DNA of 63,804 nt, filler included, from Dimorphilus gyrociliatus (taxonomy: Eukaryota; Animalia; Annelida): NCBI GenBank assembly GCA_904063045.1. It is 4 parts of 4 records of this genome, joined end to end, with 100 filler letters (N's around TTAATTAATTAA, not from the genome) between each part and the next. Parts side by side here need not be neighbours in the genome. Positions count along the whole stretch, not along the records: positions 1 to 20,836 come from CAJFCJ010000046.1; 3 more parts are not named here. One strand, 5' to 3'. The translations under genes were made by a program, and so were the position numbers. Shown here in pieces: positions 1 through 12,919 of the stretch (position 1 is its first letter; every line of letters starts with the position of its first letter). The notes under the pieces were generated by a model. That model was given only the letters and a program-made list of their open reading frames with translations, was not told where the DNA came from and did not search any database.

Positions 1-1192
1 TGGGTGCACCTTTTAGCCCCTCGTATCCAATATTGTACTCAACACATGGAACAACCAATCATAAATAAATATAAAAATGACCTCATCTATTTTGCAGGTA
101 CATTGATGACATAATTATAATTTCAGAGGTCAATACTGACCTCACCAACCTTAAAGAAGAATTAAACACAAAAAACAACAATATTAAACTACAATGGTCT
201 TCCAACCCCAAAGAAGTTGAATTTCTGGATCTTAAAATTATGCTACATGGTGACACTATACAATGGCACACTTTTTTTAAGGAAACAGATTCAAGGAAAC
301 TAATCCCAACCAACAGCAACCACCCAAAACACACCTTCACAGGCACACTTCTGAGCCAACTTATCAGGTATGACAGAAATTGTAGCCTAGAAGCTGTGGC
401 CATACAACAATTTAAAGACTTAATCAAAATCAACAAAGAAGGTGGATACACTAAAACAATGGAAAGGAATGTTATCAGAAAATGGAAGACTAAAAAAGTT
501 AATTACAACAAGGAAACTTACACAATTAATAAATGTAACTCTACCAAATGTGACACCTGCAAAAGGTTAGAACAAACACCTAAAGTATTTGATAGAATGA
601 AGGTCAACTACATCGATCTGAGAGGACATACTCATGTAACTCAAAAGGAGTCATTTACATCTTACAATGCTCACTTTGCAATATGTTATATGTAGTATGA
701 CTACAGATAGTATCAAAAGCAGATGGGTACCCATAACCTGGCATTTAGGAATAAAGTCAACAGACCTGTATATTTGCATATGAATGAACATAACATAAAA
801 AAATTTAGGATTTACATCGCTAGACAAATACCCAATAGCATAAAAGAGAATAATATAACAACATGGCTAATGAGAGAGGAATGCACAATAATTAACAAAC
901 TGGATACAATTTACCCCAGAGGCCTTAACAGACATGAAGGTTTTACTTGTAGAGAAAAAACACCTCTTATTCTTCCTCAACAACAAACCACACAGGAATG
1001 GCCTGGAACATTAAACAAAACATTACATCAAATGCCCTGGAAAATCACACACTGGAAATGTATAAGACAATAACAGCCTATAAAATAGCTAACACCTCAA
1101 GAAAATTACTTGTCAATAAAGAAGTGGATGAGATTATGGAAGCCTATGTTCAAAAATATCTAAAAACCATTCAAAACACAGAAACTAAATAA
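1..1192 (+). CDS. PLE ORF2 3' part (partial, frameshifted)
   Basis: Starts inside GTAMGAPF; fragments 240-695, 723-1073 and 998-1192 match ORF2. Confidence 0.8.
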
Positions 1193-2128
1193 ACACCTTT
1201 CATAACAGAAGAAGGTTAAACATAACCTTTGGTTCAAGGAAAGGTTAGAAACATAATAGTATGTTGCAGAAGACAAATAAGGACCTACTAGAACCAAAGC
1301 AGAAAACAACAAAGACATAAAAATAGAAAATAAATATGGTGATTGTCTTTTAAGAAAAGTTGAGGTGAGTGTAAACAACCTAAACATTAACCTTACAGAA
1401 AATCTTGAGGTTGACCTACCCAACCTGTATGATGGTGGCCCTCACTACTCCATCTTAACAAACACCACCAATAAAGTTATTATGATTGATGAGAGGATGG
1501 TAAATGACCTTAGAATGCAGGTTATCCAACAACAAAAGGAGATTGAAAATCAGAGGAAAATCATTGAGCAACAAAGAGAGGAAATGGGAAAACTAAAACT
1601 AAACAACAACATATTCACTTGGAATATAAAAGAAGCAGGTACACTTGTCTTCACACCCAACTCTCAAACACAGAGAAATAACAACATCACCCTAGTAAAT
1701 CAGAACAACTCAGAGGATACTACTGATACCAGTGATGAAGAAGTGGAATTTATGCAAATGCATAGTCCCAAGACCTTCCAACCTACAAAAAGAACATCTG
1801 ACTTTAACCTTTTTGAGAATGAAGAGGTCAGCCCACCTAAAAAACATTCACTAAAAACCAATAGTAACTAACCTATGTTCTTTATGAAGGTGTCTATGAA
1901 AAATAATAAAACTTACCCAAAAAAATAATCAAAGTTTATTGTATAACCCTCATTACTATACCTTACTATAAACATAGAGGCAGCACATATATAATAATAA
2001 TACATGTACAGTCCTATTTGTTGTGTGTGTGTGTATATATTGTAAAGATGGCGCCACTACAATATAGGGCACCACCTATGTAATGTAAAACATATAAAAG
2101 CCATAACAATTCAACAAACTCCCATTAT

Positions 2129-2168
2129 ATTACCTGATGAAGACCAGTGATGGTCGAAACGTTGTAAT
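2129..2168 (+). ncRNA. Minimal type I hammerhead ribozyme (PLE-type)
   Basis: ATTAC-CTGATGA-A-GACCA(GTGA)TGGTC-GAAA-CGTT-GTAAT: stem I ATTAC/GTAAT, 5-bp stem II, conserved core, palindromic AACGTT in place of stem III. Confidence 0.85.
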
Positions 2169-2815
2169 TTTATTAAAATAAACTTTTAATTGAAAATAAT
2201 ACATGTGACTTCAGTTAATTATTATAAAGGAACAAAGGATCTACTTGACAGTCTCCTAATCTATCATAGATATCAAACACTATAATTAGTGTACAAATAA
2301 GGAAAGGTCAAAAGTAACCTCTTATTAAAAGGAAAGGTGTAAACTCACCTCACCCAAAGGAGATAGGTCAAATTCACATATTCTCAATTGTAGACTTGCT
2401 CCTAACCCTTGAAAGAAGACCCCACCTACCAAAGATACTAAACTAAACTCATAAGTTAGACAAGGATAGACTGGAACTAACCCTCCCCCAACAAGAAAGA
2501 TAAGGAAAGGTTAAAAGTAACCTCTTATTAAAAGGAAAGGGTAAACTCACCTCACCCAAAGGGACAGGTCCATTTCATATTATATACTTGCTCCTAACCC
2601 TTGAAAGAATACCCCACCTACTAAAGACACTAAAACCAAAATCATAAGTTAGACAAAAGGAAAAACTGGAACTCACCTTCCCCCAACAAGACAGGTCAAA
2701 CAGTTCCTACAAAATACAATCATCAAAATCTGATCCAGGAGTTTTTGTGAGTGGCCCCAATCCTAACCAAACCTAAACCCTAACCTGCCCAGGACAGACA
2801 TTCAAGATCAGTAAG

Positions 2816-3594
2816 ATGAATAGTGGATACCAATTAAGAAAAAGGAGATATAATAATCAAGACAATGGAATCTTTATAATAAAAGAAAATACACACACCA
2901 GAATAGATCCAAAGCTATAAATGAGACTTCAGAGACAGAACAACCCAATCCAAGGTTTAAAGGTCAACTTTCTGATATTGAGAAAGGTTTAACAAAAACC
3001 ATTACCAGTACTTTTAACCTAACACACCATTTAAATAATTTACAAGCTAATAACCCATGGATTACTAGAGCAATGGATATTATTGACAACATACATATTA
3101 CTGGTGGACCCATAACAGGTGATAGACAACTTAGATTACAAGAAATTACAAATAAATGGGCCCAAGAAATTAACAAAGAAGTCATTAATGAAACTTCTGA
3201 CAGGTTAGCAGAGGTCAAATCAAAAATACAGGAACAAATGGGAAAGTTTGAACAAGCGGACCTCAACAAAGCAATGGAGGTTGCTAACACAAGAACTTAC
3301 CAAAAATATGGTCTCAAAACAAATTGGATGGCTATGAAGGAGGAAGCTGAAGATATCACCAAGAAATTAAAACTTAAATTTACTGATGATTTGAGATTGA
3401 AATTCATAAGAAGAATACAGGATGCCAACAAAACTGACCTTCCTACAATGGAAAAGGTCAAACATAAAAAGGATAGACAGAAAAAGGTTGACCACAACCA
3501 ACAAAGAAAAACAGAACTTACAGTAATGGCCAAGAAAATTGATGCTCTTATAGATCTTATGAAGGAGGCTATGACACCTATTCCAAAAAACTAA
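2816..3594 (+). CDS. PLE ORF1 copy with a single-G deletion near 2867 (probable sequencing error)
   Basis: caatggaatc here versus caatgggaatc in the other copies; otherwise the same sequence. Confidence 0.65.
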
Positions 3595-3632
3595 CCTCTC
3601 AAAATGTTCAAAAGAATAATAAGCATAACACA

Positions 3633-5908
3633 ATGATTTTAAACTTATGTAAGAATTTAGAAATTAATAAAACTGTTGAATTGCATTTAAATAAAGGCTT
3701 TGGTTTTGCATGGAATTTCACACACAAACAATGGATTTTACTAATGATACAAGGTACACTAGACTATTCAGTAAAATGGATGTCAATTTTTAAAAAAGGA
3801 GGTGCACCTTTGTTTAGAAACTCAGGTCTTAACAGAAAACTGAAAATAACAGATAAACCAAAAAAGGACCTGACTAAACTCATTGAAGACTTGGAAAATT
3901 TCTTTGTATCTGATATTCCTGAAATCAAATATATGGCACATGATACAATCCATACAATACATAGGATCATCAAAACAAAAACCAGACCTCTACATGATAA
4001 CAAAGGTGTGACAGTTATCAAAGACTTCATACAAAAAACACCAGAAATAATTATTAAACCAGCGGACAAAGGCAATAGAATGGTTATAATGTCCAAGGAG
4101 GATTATGTTTATGAGGCAATGGTACAACTGACAGATACAAACACATATAAGATTGTACAAAACAGACCCAGCAAAGAACAATGGGAATATATTAATACTC
4201 TCTTAACTAAACTAAAAGAGGAGGTCATATCAATAACTCCACAATGACACTACTAAAACCAGAAAACAATGATGGCAATAGAAAATTCTATCTTTTACCC
4301 AAAATTCACAAACCTACTGAGTCCTGGAGAATACCTAATGTTATCCCAAAAGGTCGGCCTGTAGTGAGCTACTGTGGCTCTGACCTCTATATGATTAGTA
4401 AATTCATTGACTTCCACCTCCAACATCTGGCAAAACTGACCTCAACATACATAAAAAATACAGAACACCTCATTGAGAAAATAAAGGTCATCAAGAATTG
4501 GAATAACAGAATTATTCTAACAGCAGATGTGGAAGCACTATACCCTAGCATAGACCCAATATGGGGATACAAGCTGTTAGAAAGTTCATGCAGGAACACA
4601 AAGAAACTAACAGACCTGATGCAATAATATTAGACCTCTTATGGATATGCCTGAACAATAATGACTTTACCTTTGGTAACACAAGATTCCTACAAATAAA
4701 GGGAACAGCTATGGGTGCACCTTTTAGCCCCTCGTATGCCAATATTGTACTCAACACATGGAACAACCAATCATAAATAAATATAAAAATGACCTCATCT
4801 ATTTTGGCAGGTACATTGATGACATAATTATAATTTCAGAGGTCAATACTGACCTCACCAACCTTAAAGAAGAATTAAACACAAAAAACAACAATATTAA
4901 ACTACAATGGTCTTCCAACCCCAAAGAAGTTGAATTTCTGGATCTTAAAATTATGCTACATGGTGACACTATACAATGGCACACTTTTTTTAAGGAAACA
5001 GATTCAAGGAAACTAATCCCAACCAACAGCAACCACCCAAAACACACCTTCACAGGCACACTTCTGAGCCAACTTATCAGGTATGACAGAAATTGTAGCC
5101 TAGAAGCTGTGGCCATACAACAATTTAAAGACTTAATCAAAATCAACAAAGAAGGTGGATACACTAAAACAATGGAAAGGAATGTTATCAGAAAATGGAA
5201 GACTAAAAAAGTTAATTACAACAAGGAAACTTACACAATTAATAAATGTAACTCTACCAAATGTGACACCTGCAAAAGGTTAGAACAAACACCTAAAGTA
5301 TTTGATAGAATGAAGGTCAACTACATCGATCTGAGAGGGACATACTCATGTAACTCAAAAGGAGTCATTTACATCTTACAATGCTCACTTTGCAATATGT
5401 TATATGTAGGTATGACTACAGATAGTATCAAAAGCAGATGGGTACCCATAACCTGGCATTTAGGAATAAAGTCAACAGACCTGTATATTTGCATATGAAT
5501 GAACATAACATAAAAAAATTTAGGATTTACATCGCTAGACAAATACCCAATAGCATAAAAGAGAATAATATAACAACATGGCTAATGAGAGAGGAATGCA
5601 CAATAATTAACAAACTGGATACAATTTACCCCAGAGGCCTTAACAGACATGAAGGTTTTACTTGTAGAGAAAAAACACCTCTTATTCTTCCTCAACAACA
5701 AACCACACAGGAATGGGCCTGGAACATTAAACAAAACATTACATCAAATGCCCTGGAAAATCACACACTGGAAATGTATAAGACAATAACAGCCTATAAA
5801 ATAGCTAACACCTCAAGAAAATTACTTGTCAATAAAGAAGTGGATGAGATTATGGAAGCCTATGTTCAAAAATATCTAAAAACCATTCAAAACACAGAAA
5901 CTAAATAA
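3633..5908 (+). CDS. PLE ORF2 (RT-GIY-YIG) copy broken by single-base G-run deletions
   Basis: ORF fragments 3633-4247, 4244-4627, 4561-4776, 4758-5498 and 5438-5908 reassemble to the 759-aa protein. Confidence 0.85.
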
Positions 5909-6847
5909 ACACCTTTCATAACAGAAGAAGGTTAAACATAACCTTTGGTTCAAGGGAAAGGTTAGAAACATAATAGTATGTTGCAGAAGACAAATAAGGA
6001 CCTACTAGAACCAAAGCAGAAAACAACAAAGACATAAAAATAGAAAATAAATATGGTGATTGTCTTTTAAGAAAAGTTGAGGTGAGTGTAAACAACCTAA
6101 ACATTAACCTTACAGAAAATCTTGAGGTTGACCTACCCAACCTGTATGATGGTGGCCCTCACTACTCCATCTTAACAAACACCACCAATAAAGTTATTAT
6201 GATTGATGAGAGGATGGTAAATGACCTTAGAATGCAGGTTATCCAACAACAAAAGGAGATTGAAAATCAGAGGAAAATCATTGAGCAACAAAGAGAGGAA
6301 ATGGGAAAACTAAAACTAAACAACAACATATTCACTTGGAATATAAAAGAAGCAGGTACACTTGTCTTCACACCCAACTCTCAAACACAGAGAAATAACA
6401 ACATCACCCTAGTAAATCAGAACAACTCAGAGGATACTACTGATACCAGTGATGAAGAAGTGGAATTTATGCAAATGCATAGTCCCAAGACCTTCCAACC
6501 TACAAAAAGAACATCTGACTTTAACCTTTTTGAGAATGAAGAGGTCAGCCCACCTAAAAAACATTCACTAAAAACCAATAGTAACTAACCTATGTTCTTT
6601 ATGAAGGTGTCTATGAAAAATAATAAAACTTACCCAAAAAAATAATCAAAGTTCTATTGTATAACCCTCATTACTATACCTTACTATAAACATAGAGGCA
6701 GCACATATATAATAATAATACATGTACAGTCCTATTTGTTGGTGTGTGTGTATATATTGTAAAGATGGCGCCACTACAATATAGAGGGCACCACCTATGT
6801 AATGTAAAACATATAAAAGCCATAACAATTCAACAAACTCCCATTAT

Positions 6848-6887
6848 ATTACCTGATGAAGACCAGTGATGGTCGAAACGTTGTAAT
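6848..6887 (+). ncRNA. Minimal type I hammerhead ribozyme, copy 2
   Basis: Identical to 2129-2168. Confidence 0.85.
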
Positions 6888-7535
6888 TTTATTAAAATAA
6901 ACTTTTAATTGAAAATAATACATGTGACTTCAGTTAATTATTATAAAGGAACAAAGGATCTACTTGACAGTCTCCTAATCTATCATAGATATCAAACACT
7001 ATAATTAGTGTACAAATAAGGAAAGGTCAAAAGTAACCTCTTATTAAAAGGAAAGGTGTAAACTCACCTCACCCAAAGGAGATAGGTCAAATTCACATAT
7101 TCTCAATTGTAGACTTGCTCCTAACCCTTGAAAGAAGACCCCACCTACCAAAGATACTAAACTAAACTCATAAGTTAGACAAGGATAGACTGGAACTAAC
7201 CCTCCCCCAACAAGAAAGATAAGGAAAGGTTAAAAGTAACCTCTTATTAAAAGGAAAGGGTAAACTCACCTCACCCAAAGGGACAGGTCCATTTCATATT
7301 ATATACTTGCTCCTAACCCTTGAAAGAATACCCCACCTACTAAAGACACTAAAACCAAAATCATAAGTTAGACAAAAGGAAAAACTGGAACTCACCTTCC
7401 CCCAACAAGACAGGTCAAACAGTTCCTACAAAATACAATCATCAAAATCTGATCCAGGAGTGTTTTGTGAGTGGCCCCAATCCTAACCAAACCTAAACCC
7501 TAACCTGCCCAGGACAGACATTCAAGATCAGTAAG

Positions 7536-8155
7536 ATGAATAGTGGATACCAATTAAGAAAAAGGAGATATAATAATCAAGACAATGGGAATCTTTATAA
7601 TAAAAGAAAATACACACACCAGAATAGATCCAAAGCTATAAATGAGACTTCAGAGACAGAACAACCCAATCCAAGGTTTAAAGGTCAACTTTCTGATATT
7701 GAGAAAGGTTTAACAAAAACCATTACCAGTACTTTTAACCTAACACACCATTTAAATAATTTACAAGCTAATAACCCATGGATTACTAGAGCAATGGATA
7801 TTATTGACAACATACATATTACTGGTGGACCCATAACAGGTGATAGACAACTTAGATTACAAGAAATTACAAATAAATGGGCCCAAGAAATTAACAAAGA
7901 AGTCATTAATGAAACTTCTGACAGGTTAGCAGAGGTCAAATCAAAAATACAGGAACAAATGGGAAAGTTTGAACAAGCGGACCTCAACAAAGCAATGGNC
8001 TTCCTACAATGGAAAAGGTCAAACATAAAAAGGATAGACAGAAAAAGGTTGACCACAACCAACAAAGAAAAACAGAACTTACAGTAATGGCCAAGAAAAT
8101 TGATGCTCTTATAGATCTTATGAAGGAGGCTATGACACCTATTCCAAAAAACTAA
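7536..8155 (+). CDS. PLE ORF1 copy with ~160 bp missing at the single N at 7999 (assembly gap)
   Basis: Sequence jumps from aaagcaatgg to cttcctacaatgg across an N. Confidence 0.6.
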
Positions 8156-8193
8156 CCTCTCAAAATGTTCAAAAGAATAATAAGCATAACACA

Positions 8194-10471
8194 ATGATTT
8201 TAAACTTATGTAAGAATTTAGAAATTAATAAAACTGTTGAATTGCATTTAAATAAAGGCTTTGGTTTTGCATGGAATTTCACACACAAACAATGGATTTT
8301 ACTAATGATACAAGGTACACTAGACTATTCAGTAAAATGGATGTCAATTTTTAAAAAAGGAGGTGCACCTTTGTTTAGAAACTCAGGTCTTAACAGAAAA
8401 CTGAAAATAACAGATAAACCAAAAAAGGACCTGACTAAACTCATTGAAGACTTGGAAAATTTCTTTGTATCTGATATTCCTGAAATCAAATATATGGCAC
8501 ATGATACAATCCATACAATACATAGGATCATCAAAACAAAAACCAGACCTCTACATGATAACAAAGGTGTGACAGTTATCAAAGACTTCATACAAAAAAC
8601 ACCAGAAATAATTATTAAACCAGCGGACAAAGGCAATAGAATGGTTATAATGTCCAAGGAGGATTATGTTTATGAGGCAATGGTACAACTGACAGATACA
8701 AACACATATAAGATTGTACAAAACAGACCCAGCAAAGAACAATGGGAATATATTAATACTCTCTTAACTAAACTAAAAGAGGGAGGTCATATCAATAACT
8801 CCACAATGACACTACTAAAACCAGAAAACAATGATGGCAATAGAAAATTCTATCTTTTACCCAAAATTCACAAACCTACTGAGTCCTGGAGAATACCTAA
8901 TGTTATCCCAAAAGGTCGGCCTGTAGTGAGCTACTGTGGCTCTGACCTCTATATGATTAGTAAATTCATTGACTTCCACCTCCAACATCTGGCAAAACTG
9001 ACCTCAACATACATAAAAAATACAGAACACCTCATTGAGAAAATAAAGGTCATCAAGAATTGGAATAACAGAATTATTCTAACAGCAGATGTGGAAGCAC
9101 TATACCCTAGCATAGACCCAATATGGGGATACAAGCTGTTAGAAAGTTCATGCAGGAACACAAAGAAACTAACAGACCTGATGCAATAATATTAGACCTC
9201 TTATGGATATGCCTGAACAATAATGACTTTACCTTTGGTAACACAAGATTCCTACAAATAAAGGGAACAGCTATGGGTGCACCTTTTAGCCCCTCGTATG
9301 CCAATATTGTACTCAACACATGGGAACAACCAATCATAAATAAATATAAAAATGACCTCATCTATTTTGGCAGGTACATTGATGACATAATTATAATTTC
9401 AGAGGTCAATACTGACCTCACCAACCTTAAAGAAGAATTAAACACAAAAAACAACAATATTAAACTACAATGGTCTTCCAACCCCAAAGAAGTTGAATTT
9501 CTGGATCTTAAAATTATGCTACATGGTGACACTATACAATGGCACACTTTTTTTAAGGAAACAGATTCAAGGAAACTAATCCCAACCAACAGCAACCACC
9601 CAAAACACACCTTCACAGGCACACTTCTGAGCCAACTTATCAGGTATGACAGAAATTGTAGCCTAGAAGCTGTGGCCATACAACAATTTAAAGACTTAAT
9701 CAAAATCAACAAAGAAGGTGGATACACTAAAACAATGGAAAGGAATGTTATCAGAAAATGGAAGACTAAAAAAGTTAATTACAACAAGGAAACTTACACA
9801 ATTAATAAATGTAACTCTACCAAATGTGACACCTGCAAAAGGTTAGAACAAACACCTAAAGTATTTGATAGAATGAAGGTCAACTACATCGATCTGAGAG
9901 GGACATACTCATGTAACTCAAAAGGAGTCATTTACATCTTACAATGCTCACTTTGCAATATGTTATATGTAGGTATGACTACAGATAGTATCAAAAGCAG
10001 ATGGGGTACCCATAACCTGGCATTTAGGAATAAAGTCAACAGACCTGTATATTTGCATATGAATGAACATAACATAAAAAATTTAGGATTTACATCGCTA
10101 GACAAATACCCAATAGCATAAAAGAGAATAATATAACAACATGGCTAATGAGAGAGGAATGCACAATAATTAACAAACTGGATACAATTTACCCCAGAGG
10201 CCTTAACAGACATGAAGGTTTTACTTGTAGAGAAAAAACACCTCTTATTCTTCCTCAACAACAAACCACACAGGAATGGGCCTGGAACATTAAACAAAAC
10301 ATTACATCAAATGCCCTGGAAAATCACACACTGGAAATGTATAAGACAATAACAGCCTATAAAATAGCTAACACCTCAAGAAAATTACTTGTCAATAAAG
10401 AAGTGGATGAGATTATGGAAGCCTATGTTCAAAAATATCTAAAAACCATTCAAAACACAGAAACTAAATAA
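8194..10471 (+). CDS. PLE ORF2 copy with two homopolymer frameshifts
   Basis: Fragments 8194-9189, 9123-10121 and 10148-10471 match the intact ORF2. Confidence 0.85.
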
Positions 10472-11325
10472 ACACCTTTCATAACAGAAGAAGGTTAAAC
10501 ATAACCTTTGGTTCAAGGGAAAGGTTAGAAACATAATAGTATGTTGCAGAAGACAAATAAGGACCTACTAGAACCAAAGCAGAAAACAACAAAGACATAA
10601 AAATAGAAAATAAATATGGTGATTGTCTTTTAAGAAAAGTTGAGGTGAGTGTAAACAACCTAAACATTAACCTTACAGAAAATCTTGAGGTTGACCTACC
10701 CAACCTGTATGATGGTGGCCCTCACTACTCCATCTTAACAAACACCACCAATAAAGTTATTATGATTGATGAGAGGATGGTAAATGACCTTAGAATGCAG
10801 GTTATCCAACAACAAAAGGAGATTGAAAATCAGAGGAAAATCATTGAGCAACAAAGAGAGGAAATGGGAAAACTAAAACTAAACAACAACATATTCACTT
10901 GGAATATAAAAGAAGCAGGTACACTTGTCTTCACACCCAACTCTCAAACACAGAGAAATAACAACATCACCCTAGTAAATCAGAACAACTCAGAGGATAC
11001 TACTGATACCAGTGATGAAGAAGTGGAATTTATGCAAATGCATAGTCCCAAGACCTTCCAACCTACAAAAAGAACATCTGACTTTAACCTTTTTGAGAAT
11101 GAAGAGGTCAGCCCACCTAAAAAACATTCACTAAAAACCAATAGTAACTAACCTATGTTCTTTATGAAGGTGTCTATGAAAAATAATAAAACTTACCCAA
11201 AAAAATAATCAAAGTTCTATTGTATAACCCTCATTACTATACCTTACTATAAACATAGAGGGCAGCACATATATAATAATAATACATGTACAGTCCTATT
11301 TGTTGGTGTGTGTGTATATATTGTA

Positions 11326-11465
11326 AAGATGGCGCCACTACAATATAGAGGGCACCACCTATGTAATGTAAAACATATAAAAGCCATAACAATTCAACAA
11401 ACTCCCATTATATTACCTGATGAAGACCAGTGATGGTCGAAACGTTGTAATTTTATTAAAATAAA
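11326..11465 (+). promoter_or_regulatory. Putative PLE promoter/processing module: YY1-like AAGATGGCGCC (11326-11336), TATAAAAG (11376-11383), hammerhead, AATAAA (11460-11465); repeated in each unit
   Basis: Motifs read directly; TATA lies ~30 nt upstream of the ribozyme and the poly(A) signal just downstream. Function is inferred. Confidence 0.5.
11412..11451 (+). ncRNA. Minimal type I hammerhead ribozyme, copy 3
   Basis: Identical to 2129-2168. Confidence 0.85.
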
Positions 11466-11581
11466 CTTTTAATTGAAAATAATACATGTGACTTCAGTTA
11501 ATTATTATAAAGGAACAAAGGATCTACTTGACAGTCTCCTAATCTATCATAGATATCAAACACTATAATTAGTGTACAAAT

Positions 11582-11975
11582 AAGGAAAGGTCAAAAGTAA
11601 CCTCTTATTAAAAGGAAAGGTGTAAACTCACCTCACCCAAAGGAGATAGGTCAAATTCACATATTCTCAATTGTAGACTTGCTCCTAACCCTTGAAAGAA
11701 GACCCCACCTACCAAAGATACTAAACTAAACTCATAAGTTAGACAAGGATAGACTGGAACTAACCCTCCCCCAACAAGAAAGATAAGGAAAGGTTAAAAG
11801 TAACCTCTTATTAAAAGGAAAGGGGTAAACTCACCTCACCCAAAGGGGACAGGTCCATTTCATATTATATACTTGCTCCTAACCCTTGAAAGAATACCCC
11901 ACCTACTAAAGACACTAAAACCAAAATCATAAGTTAGACAAAAGGAAAAACTGGAACTCACCTTCCCCCAACAAG
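11582..11975 (+). repeat. Diverged ~203-bp tandem duplication in the PLE 5' UTR (present in every unit)
   Basis: aaggaaaggt(c/t)aaaagtaacctcttattaaaaggaaagg...ttgctcctaacccttgaaagaa...ccccaacaaga starts at 11582 and again at 11785. Confidence 0.9.
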
Positions 11976-12101
11976 ACAGGTCAAACAGTTCCTACAAAAT
12001 ACAATCATCAAAATCTGATCCAGGAGTGTTTTGTGAGTGGCCCCAATCCTAACCAAACCTAAACCCTAACCTGCCCAGGACAGACATTCAAGATCAGTAA
12101 G

Positions 12102-12881
12102 ATGAATAGTGGATACCAATTAAGAAAAAGGAGATATAATAATCAAGACAATGGGAATCTTTATAATAAAAGAAAATACACACACCAGAATAGATCCAAA
12201 GCTATAAATGAGACTTCAGAGACAGAACAACCCAATCCAAGGTTTAAAGGTCAACTTTCTGATATTGAGAAAGGTTTAACAAAAACCATTACCAGTACTT
12301 TTAACCTAACACACCATTTAAATAATTTACAAGCTAATAACCCATGGATTACTAGAGCAATGGATATTATTGACAACATACATATTACTGGTGGACCCAT
12401 AACAGGTGATAGACAACTTAGATTACAAGAAATTACAAATAAATGGGCCCAAGAAATTAACAAAGAAGTCATTAATGAAACTTCTGACAGGTTAGCAGAG
12501 GTCAAATCAAAAATACAGGAACAAATGGGAAAGTTTGAACAAGCGGACCTCAACAAAGCAATGGAGGTTGCTAACACAAGAACTTACCAAAAATATGGTC
12601 TCAAAACAAATTGGATGGCTATGAAGGAGGAAGCTGAAGATATCACCAAGAAATTAAAACTTAAATTTACTGATGATTTGAGATTGAAATTCATAAGAAG
12701 AATACAGGATGCCAACAAAACTGACCTTCCTACAATGGAAAAGGTCAAACATAAAAAGGATAGACAGAAAAAGGTTGACCACAACCAACAAAGAAAAACA
12801 GAACTTACAGTAATGGCCAAGAAAATTGATGCTCTTATAGATCTTATGAAGGAGGCTATGACACCTATTCCAAAAAACTAA
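12102..12881 (+). CDS. PLE ORF1, 259 aa, predicted helical/coiled-coil protein with basic N-terminus (function unknown, possibly RNA-binding/chaperone)
   Basis: ATG-initiated ORF ending 38 bp before the ORF2 ATG. RKRR/KRK basic clusters and heptad-like helical composition. Identical ORF at 16830-17609. Confidence 0.75.
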   Translation: MNSGYQLRKRRYNNQDNGNLYNKRKYTHQNRSKAINETSETEQPNPRFKGQLSDIEKGLTKTITSTFNLTHHLNNLQANNPWITRAMDIIDNIHITGGPITGDRQLRLQEITNKWAQEINKEVINETSDRLAEVKSKIQEQMGKFEQADLNKAMEVANTRTYQKYGLKTNWMAMKEEAEDITKKLKLKFTDDLRLKFIRRIQDANKTDLPTMEKVKHKKDRQKKVDHNQQRKTELTVMAKKIDALIDLMKEAMTPIPKN

Positions 12882-12919
12882 CCTCTCAAAATGTTCAAAA
12901 GAATAATAAGCATAACACA

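Noticed and set aside
7990-8010. Internally deleted PLE variant
   Set aside because: The deletion point is an N, so it is most likely an assembly or consensus gap.
3633-10471. Programmed frameshifting or true pseudogenisation of PLE ORF2 copies
   Set aside because: Breaks are 1-nt homopolymer indels at different places in different copies, and one copy is intact; typical long-read consensus error.
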